A stretch of 64,000 nt of DNA from Trichormus sp. ATA11-4-KO1 (GTDB taxonomy: Bacteria > Cyanobacteriota > Cyanobacteriia > Cyanobacteriales > Nostocaceae): positions 288,001-352,000 of the forward strand of contig JAHHIM010000065.1 of NCBI GenBank assembly GCA_019358915.1. The letters are read 5' to 3'. The position numbers and the translations under genes were made by a program. Shown here piece after piece: positions 59,071-64,000 of this stretch. Below the pieces are notes generated by a model. The model was not told where the DNA came from and made no database searches. It was given only the letters and a program-made list of their open reading frames with translations. Each line of letters starts with the position of its first letter. Within the stretch, counting starts at the first letter, position 1.

Positions 59071-61665
59071 TTACTTGTAAGATTCAATAAGTGCCAAAAT
59101 TTCTTGGTCTTGAAATTCTTGTGCCAGTTGATGCAGCTTTTGGGCAAAGGGGATGTATTTTTTATCCACTTTGGCAATTAATGCTGCTTGTTTAATAATT
59201 CCCTTAAAATTACCCTTCATTGCTAGCTCATACAGAATTTCTCTTTCTGCTATAGATGGTGCAACTAGGTCGGTAATTTCTGGCTGTTGTTGGTTCACAG
59301 TTTTCTCTTCTTCATACAGCCACTCCAGATGCAAATGCTTTTGTAATTTCTGGAGTAGATCCATTGCCTGTATGGGTTTAGGAAGAAACTCATCGCCTCC
59401 TACTTCTAAACTGCGATGTTGGTCAGCTTCAAACACGCTGGCTGAGGAAACAATAATCACAATATTTTTGCAGGCTTCAGACTCACGAATGCGCTTGATT
59501 AGCCCAAATCCATCGATTTTTGGCATCAATAAATCAGTAATTACCAGGTCTGGCTGAAATTCGCCAACTTTCTGCCAACCCTCTTCTCCATTGATGGCTT
59601 CCGCAATTTCAAAACCGATGGGACTAAGCAAATTAGCAATGACTGAGCGATTTGCCCATTTGTCGTCAACGACAAGAACTTTAGGTCGGCAATCTTTAAT
59701 GCCAATAATTTGTCCATAATCGTCGGCTTGAGATGTTTTGACCCACTCATCAGCTGTGGGTAGGTTGACATCAAACCAGAAAATACTGCCAACACCAACT
59801 TCACTCTGAACTTGAATAGTACTGCCCATAAATTCCACAATTTTTTGGCTGATTGCTAATCCTAAACCAGTACCCTCATTCTGCCGACTTCTGTCTCCTG
59901 CTTGCTCAAAAGGTTGAAAAATAACTTGCTGTTTTTCTGAGACAATGCCAATACCTGTATCACGGATTTCAAAGCGAATTTTGCCTTCACGAGCGTAGCT
60001 AATGGTAAAGGTAACACTGCCTGTATCAGTAAATTTGATAGCGTTACTCAAAAGATTAATTAATACTTGCCGTAGGCGTTTTTCATCGGCACGGATACCA
60101 ATGGGTAATTCTGAGGCTAATTGATAGTGAAACTGAATACCTTTGAGTTCAGCTCGAATGCGGCACATTTCAGCTACACCTTGCAAAAACGCTGGAAAGT
60201 GAAAATCTGTGGGCATAAGTTCTACTTTCTGCGCTTCGATTTTCGACAAATCCAGGATGTCATTGATTAAAGTCAACAAATGTGAACCACACTGATAAAT
60301 AACATCAATCCGCGATCGCTCTTGTTCTTGCAAATGTTTGGAACGCTGAAGAATTTGGGCATAACCTAAAATTCCATTGAGAGGAGTCCGCAACTCATGA
60401 CTCATGTTGGCCAGAAATTCACTTTTGGCATAACTTGCTGCTTCCGCCGCTTCTTTGGCTTGGGTCAGCGCCATTTCCGCTTGTTTTCGTTCTGTAATAT
60501 CAGTATGAACTCCGATCCACTCTCGGATACTGCCATCTGCGTGCAGAATCGGCACACCTCGTACACTCATGTAGCGATACTCGCCATCGTAACGACGTAA
60601 GCAATGCTCACACTCAAAAAATCTCTGGTTGGCAATAGCATCTGACCAAGCTGCTGCGGTGTGGGGTTGATCATCGGGATGAATGGCATTTAGCCAACCC
60701 CAGTTTTTGAATTCCTCAAAAGACTGTCCGGTAAACGCACTCCATTGGGGTTGTTCAATGAACAATTCTCCCTCTGCATTGGTATTCCAGATAATTTGAG
60801 TAGTTGCTTCAATCAGCGATCGGTATCTTTCTTCGCTGTACTGAAGTGCTAGTTCTGCTTGCTTGCGATCGTCAACATCAGTACAAATACCTGTCCACTC
60901 ACAGATAATACCATCTGGATTGAGAACAGGAACACCTCTAGCTTGAAAATATCGATAGCTACCATCTGTCCCTTGTACGCGACATTCGGTTTCATAGATG
61001 CTTTTCGTTTCTATAGCCTGCATCCAGATTTTATGTGCTTGTTCGCGATCTTCTGGGTGAATTGCATTCAACCAGCCAGAACCAGTCATTTCTGCTTCAG
61101 CTTTTCCGGTGGAAGCATTCCAGTATGAGACATTAGTTAATTGCCCTTGGGGGTCTGCTGTCCAGATAATTTGGGAAATTGCCTTGACTAGTGAGCGAAA
61201 TCTTTCTTCACTCTGTTGCAGTTCCCGCTCAGCTTGTTTGCGCTCAGTAATATTTCTGGTTGTACCGATAATCCCTAGGATATTGCCCTCAGCATCCAGC
61301 CAAGGAGTTTTGGCAGAAAGAAAAGTGCCTTGAAGATCACCATAGGTAACATCTTCCTCGTAAGTCTCCGTAGTACCCATCGTCATAATCTGGCGGTCTT
61401 TGTCCATGATTTGATGAGCAACTTCCGGCGAAAACAGTTCTGAATCAGTTTTACCAATAATGTCATCAATTGCTTTGCCAAAAAAATTGGCTAAGTTAGA
61501 GTTGGCAACAATATAATGCCCCTCTAAATCTTTCACATAGATAAAGTCTGGTGTATTTTCCAAAATAGAACGCAACAGCAGAGCTATTTCTGCTTGATTG
61601 TACCCAGTCATATCAGTATTTGCTCCGGCCGGATGGGATGTTTTGGGGTTTGGTTTTTCTGGCAA
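59071..61665 (-). CDS. Multi-PAS hybrid histidine kinase (alternative start ATG 61611)
   Basis: Three PAS/PAC domains, SHELRTPL H-box, HATPase and C-terminal receiver. Confidence 0.93.
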   Translation of the reverse strand: MPEKPNPKTSHPAGANTDMTGYNQAEIALLLRSILENTPDFIYVKDLEGHYIVANSNLANFFGKAIDDIIGKTDSELFSPEVAHQIMDKDRQIMTMGTTETYEEDVTYGDLQGTFLSAKTPWLDAEGNILGIIGTTRNITERKQAERELQQSEERFRSLVKAISQIIWTADPQGQLTNVSYWNASTGKAEAEMTGSGWLNAIHPEDREQAHKIWMQAIETKSIYETECRVQGTDGSYRYFQARGVPVLNPDGIICEWTGICTDVDDRKQAELALQYSEERYRSLIEATTQIIWNTNAEGELFIEQPQWSAFTGQSFEEFKNWGWLNAIHPDDQPHTAAAWSDAIANQRFFECEHCLRRYDGEYRYMSVRGVPILHADGSIREWIGVHTDITERKQAEMALTQAKEAAEAASYAKSEFLANMSHELRTPLNGILGYAQILQRSKHLQEQERSRIDVIYQCGSHLLTLINDILDLSKIEAQKVELMPTDFHFPAFLQGVAEMCRIRAELKGIQFHYQLASELPIGIRADEKRLRQVLINLLSNAIKFTDTGSVTFTISYAREGKIRFEIRDTGIGIVSEKQQVIFQPFEQAGDRSRQNEGTGLGLAISQKIVEFMGSTIQVQSEVGVGSIFWFDVNLPTADEWVKTSQADDYGQIIGIKDCRPKVLVVDDKWANRSVIANLLSPIGFEIAEAINGEEGWQKVGEFQPDLVITDLLMPKIDGFGLIKRIRESEACKNIVIIVSSASVFEADQHRSLEVGGDEFLPKPIQAMDLLQKLQKHLHLEWLYEEEKTVNQQQPEITDLVAPSIAEREILYELAMKGNFKGIIKQAALIAKVDKKYIPFAQKLHQLAQEFQDQEILALIESYK

Positions 61666-62293
61666 ATGAGCGATCGCCTATTTGTCAAGAAGTTTTCCGA
61701 TGGACATTTTTGACTCATCAATCCTAAATCCCAATTGGGATGTGACTTTTCTCATGAATGTAGGGTTGCATTTGCTTGATATCTGGTCTGTATTTGAGCT
61801 TCCACAACACAGCTTTTCTGAGAAATTTGGAAAAATTACAGAGACACAGCAATGTATCAAAACCCTATTTTTATTGAAACCTGATTGATGTTGAGTTGAG
61901 ATCCGGGTGAAAACGGAAATATAGCTTTACAATAATTAATGTTTATTTAAGATAAATAGCTTTACATATCATAAAGTAGCAAATTATGGAATTAAGACTT
62001 CACTAAAAAAGTGCTAAAGAGCTAGTACGTTGATGAGGCAGCTCTAAGAAAAAATATTTTCCCCAAAAAAATTACTGAGAGGAAGACTAGGCGCTATTGT
62101 TGCTACTGGCATCACTAACTAAAAAAGTGAATTTTAGCTGAAGAAATTATGATGGCTAGGTTAGCTAAGGCAATACCCTAACCAACCTAGCCATTACTTG
62201 TTTTCTTGAGAAAACTCCCACCATAATCTCTGTTATCTAAACCACAATGTACACAACGTTTAATGTATAAGCATTTGACGTTGTGAATTTTTT

Positions 62294-63094
62294 CTACAAC
62301 GTTGAGAGTGGATACTTGACTAACATCTCTGAGAAAGGTATCCACCGTTCATCATGTGTGTAAACAATGATACCGTTTTTGGTGTTTTGGCTGGCAACAA
62401 CTAATTTCTTCTTGTAGGCTAATGTGTACCATTCCTTAAAAACATCCAATTCAGATTGTTGTCCAATTTCTTCATTAGGAATCCAACCCTCTTCTATAGC
62501 TTTTTTAAGCCATGCTCCTGGCTTTTCAATATTGCTACTAGCCATTGCCTCTTTTAAAGCTTCTATTGCATTTAAAACAGTTTCCTCTGATGCTGACTTA
62601 ATAGTTTTTGTTAATGTAGCATTCAATTTAATTCCGATTAAGTCAAGTTGCTGTTTAACATTATCACTGATATCAGAACGTCCAGCACTTTTCTTATCTA
62701 ATGAAGTGACCTTTAAATTTTCAGGTAAAGTAACAGGTAATTTTGTCTGAGAAATACGAGATGCTTCTAACTGTTGCTTCAACTCTGCATTTTCAGATTT
62801 TAGCTGTGTATTTTCAACCTTGAGCCTTTGAGCTAAATCATCAGCACCTTGAGGACTAGCTTGTAAGCCTAGTTCTGTAGCAGTCCAAACATCACCGCTC
62901 TTTTTAATTATCTCAAAATCAGGATTGATAACAAATTTATATTGACACTTATTGCAGTAATACCTTTGCTTACCCGATTTTTTTAAACCTGCTTTGCGTA
63001 AATTTTCACTAGCACATTTAGGACAACTGGTTGTTAGTATTTCAATTACCTGAGTTTGAACTCTTTCTCCATCTTTGAATTGTGGAATTGTCAT
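62294..63094 (-). pseudogene. Chimeric remnant: Zn-ribbon segment (TnpB-like N-terminus) fused to a coiled-coil C-terminal segment (TnpC-like)
   Basis: CPKC...GKQRYYCNKC, DVWTATELGL, then an abrupt switch to LKVENTQLKSENAELKQQL; no integrase catalytic domain. Confidence 0.55.
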
Positions 63095-63770
63095 CTCTAG
63101 GAATTACATAAATCTCATTTACTCCTTGTGAACGAATATCTTCATGTCTTAATCCTAATAACTCACCAATTCTCATGCCTGTTTCATAGAGTAAACAGAT
63201 AATAAATTTGTCTCTAATTCTTTTACAAGCATTAACTAATTCCTTAACCTGCTGCGAAGTTAAACATCCTGGGAAAGTTTTGGGTTCTTTAATTTTTAGT
63301 AATCGTGTTTTAACTTCCTTTCCTTTGCTTATGTGGTGTAAAAATGGCTTGTATTTTCGTCCTGGTTGCATCTGATAGCGATAAGAATTAACCCCTTCAG
63401 TTGCTCCCAATCGCTCATGAAATTCATAAAAACCACAAACAGTGGTGAGGGCATGATTAATCGTCTTTTCTGACCGTTTAGACACTTGTGGTTGAATGGA
63501 TATTACTCCTGGATCTGGGCTTCTTAGCCAGTGAATAAAATCTGATAACTGCTCAAGATTTACTTCCCTCCAATCAATTTTTTTATCTCCTAAAAATTCC
63601 CAGAACAGCTTTAGGTTGTTGGCATAGACCCTAACTGTATTGGGTGACTTCTCTAAACTGTCTAAGTAACGTAGGTATTTTTGGATTGGCTCTATGGGTA
63701 GATAGTCGTCACCCAGCACGATCCATATTGGGCGAATTGAATCCGGTAGCTGACCTTTTTGAACTAACAT
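63042..63770 (-). pseudogene. Truncated TnpA-like tyrosine recombinase
   Basis: SPNTVRVY and RDK..LYETGMRIGELLGL box I present; H-x-x-R, LGH and catalytic Tyr missing. Confidence 0.8.
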
Positions 63771-64000
63771 ATCGTCATTGTATACGTTATAGAAACAGTA
63801 AAGTTAATATTAATACAATTTAATAAAAAGAACTCACAAATAATCGTTGTTGTTGTTGTGTAAGATTATTTATAAGTTATAGATAATCTTTAATTTGGCG
63901 GTGAGAGGATATAGCAAAGTGCTGAGTGCTGAGTATCAACCCAGTGGCTTCAGTGCTTTGAGCAATCAATAATGTCCTAATCTATGTGACTACGGCTATA

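Larger units (their letters stand above)
62233..63886 (-). mobile_element. Internally deleted Tn554-like tyrosine-recombinase element
   Basis: Truncated integrase and chimeric downstream ORF bounded by inverted TTATCTA..TACACAAC motifs. Confidence 0.65.

Noticed and set aside
61678..61888. Short ORFs upstream of the PAS kinase
   Set aside because: No motifs, and no evidence that they extend the kinase by frameshift

Overview
Chromosomal window from a heterocyst-forming cyanobacterium (Nostocales-like: HIP1 GCGATCGC octamers, heptamer tandem repeats, xisA-type nifD element). It opens inside the nifD excision element (xisA, an 11-bp recombination site and the 3' end of nifD), followed by nifK, a Mo-nitrogenase-C-terminal-domain gene, nifENX, two nif-associated ORFs, nifW, hesAB and fdxH. 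Next come a GluR0-like K+ channel, a nitroreductase pseudogene and hupW, bracketed by two identical inverted 106-bp MITEs. The middle holds glucokinase, a TRAP transporter, an MsrPQ-like pair, a pyrF-pyrE fusion, transporters, a cNMP/AAA/4Fe-4S membrane protein and a probably Zur-regulated COG0523-WD40 pair. A Type I R-M operon with a half-size HsdS and internal DUF1016 and VapBC cargo lies beside tRNA-Pro. Then follow lipA, gpsA, sigC-furA, a peptidoglycan-binding gene, cobN, cikA, two hybrid kinases and a collapsed Tn554-like tyrosine-recombinase element with both ends apparently intact. The best novelty candidates are an unannotated RGSGR (PatS/PatX-motif) small ORF, a structured leader with pseudoknot potential upstream of a COG4280 putative metal transporter, and the hybrid single-TRD HsdS defence locus. 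All calls are by eye; no database searches were run.
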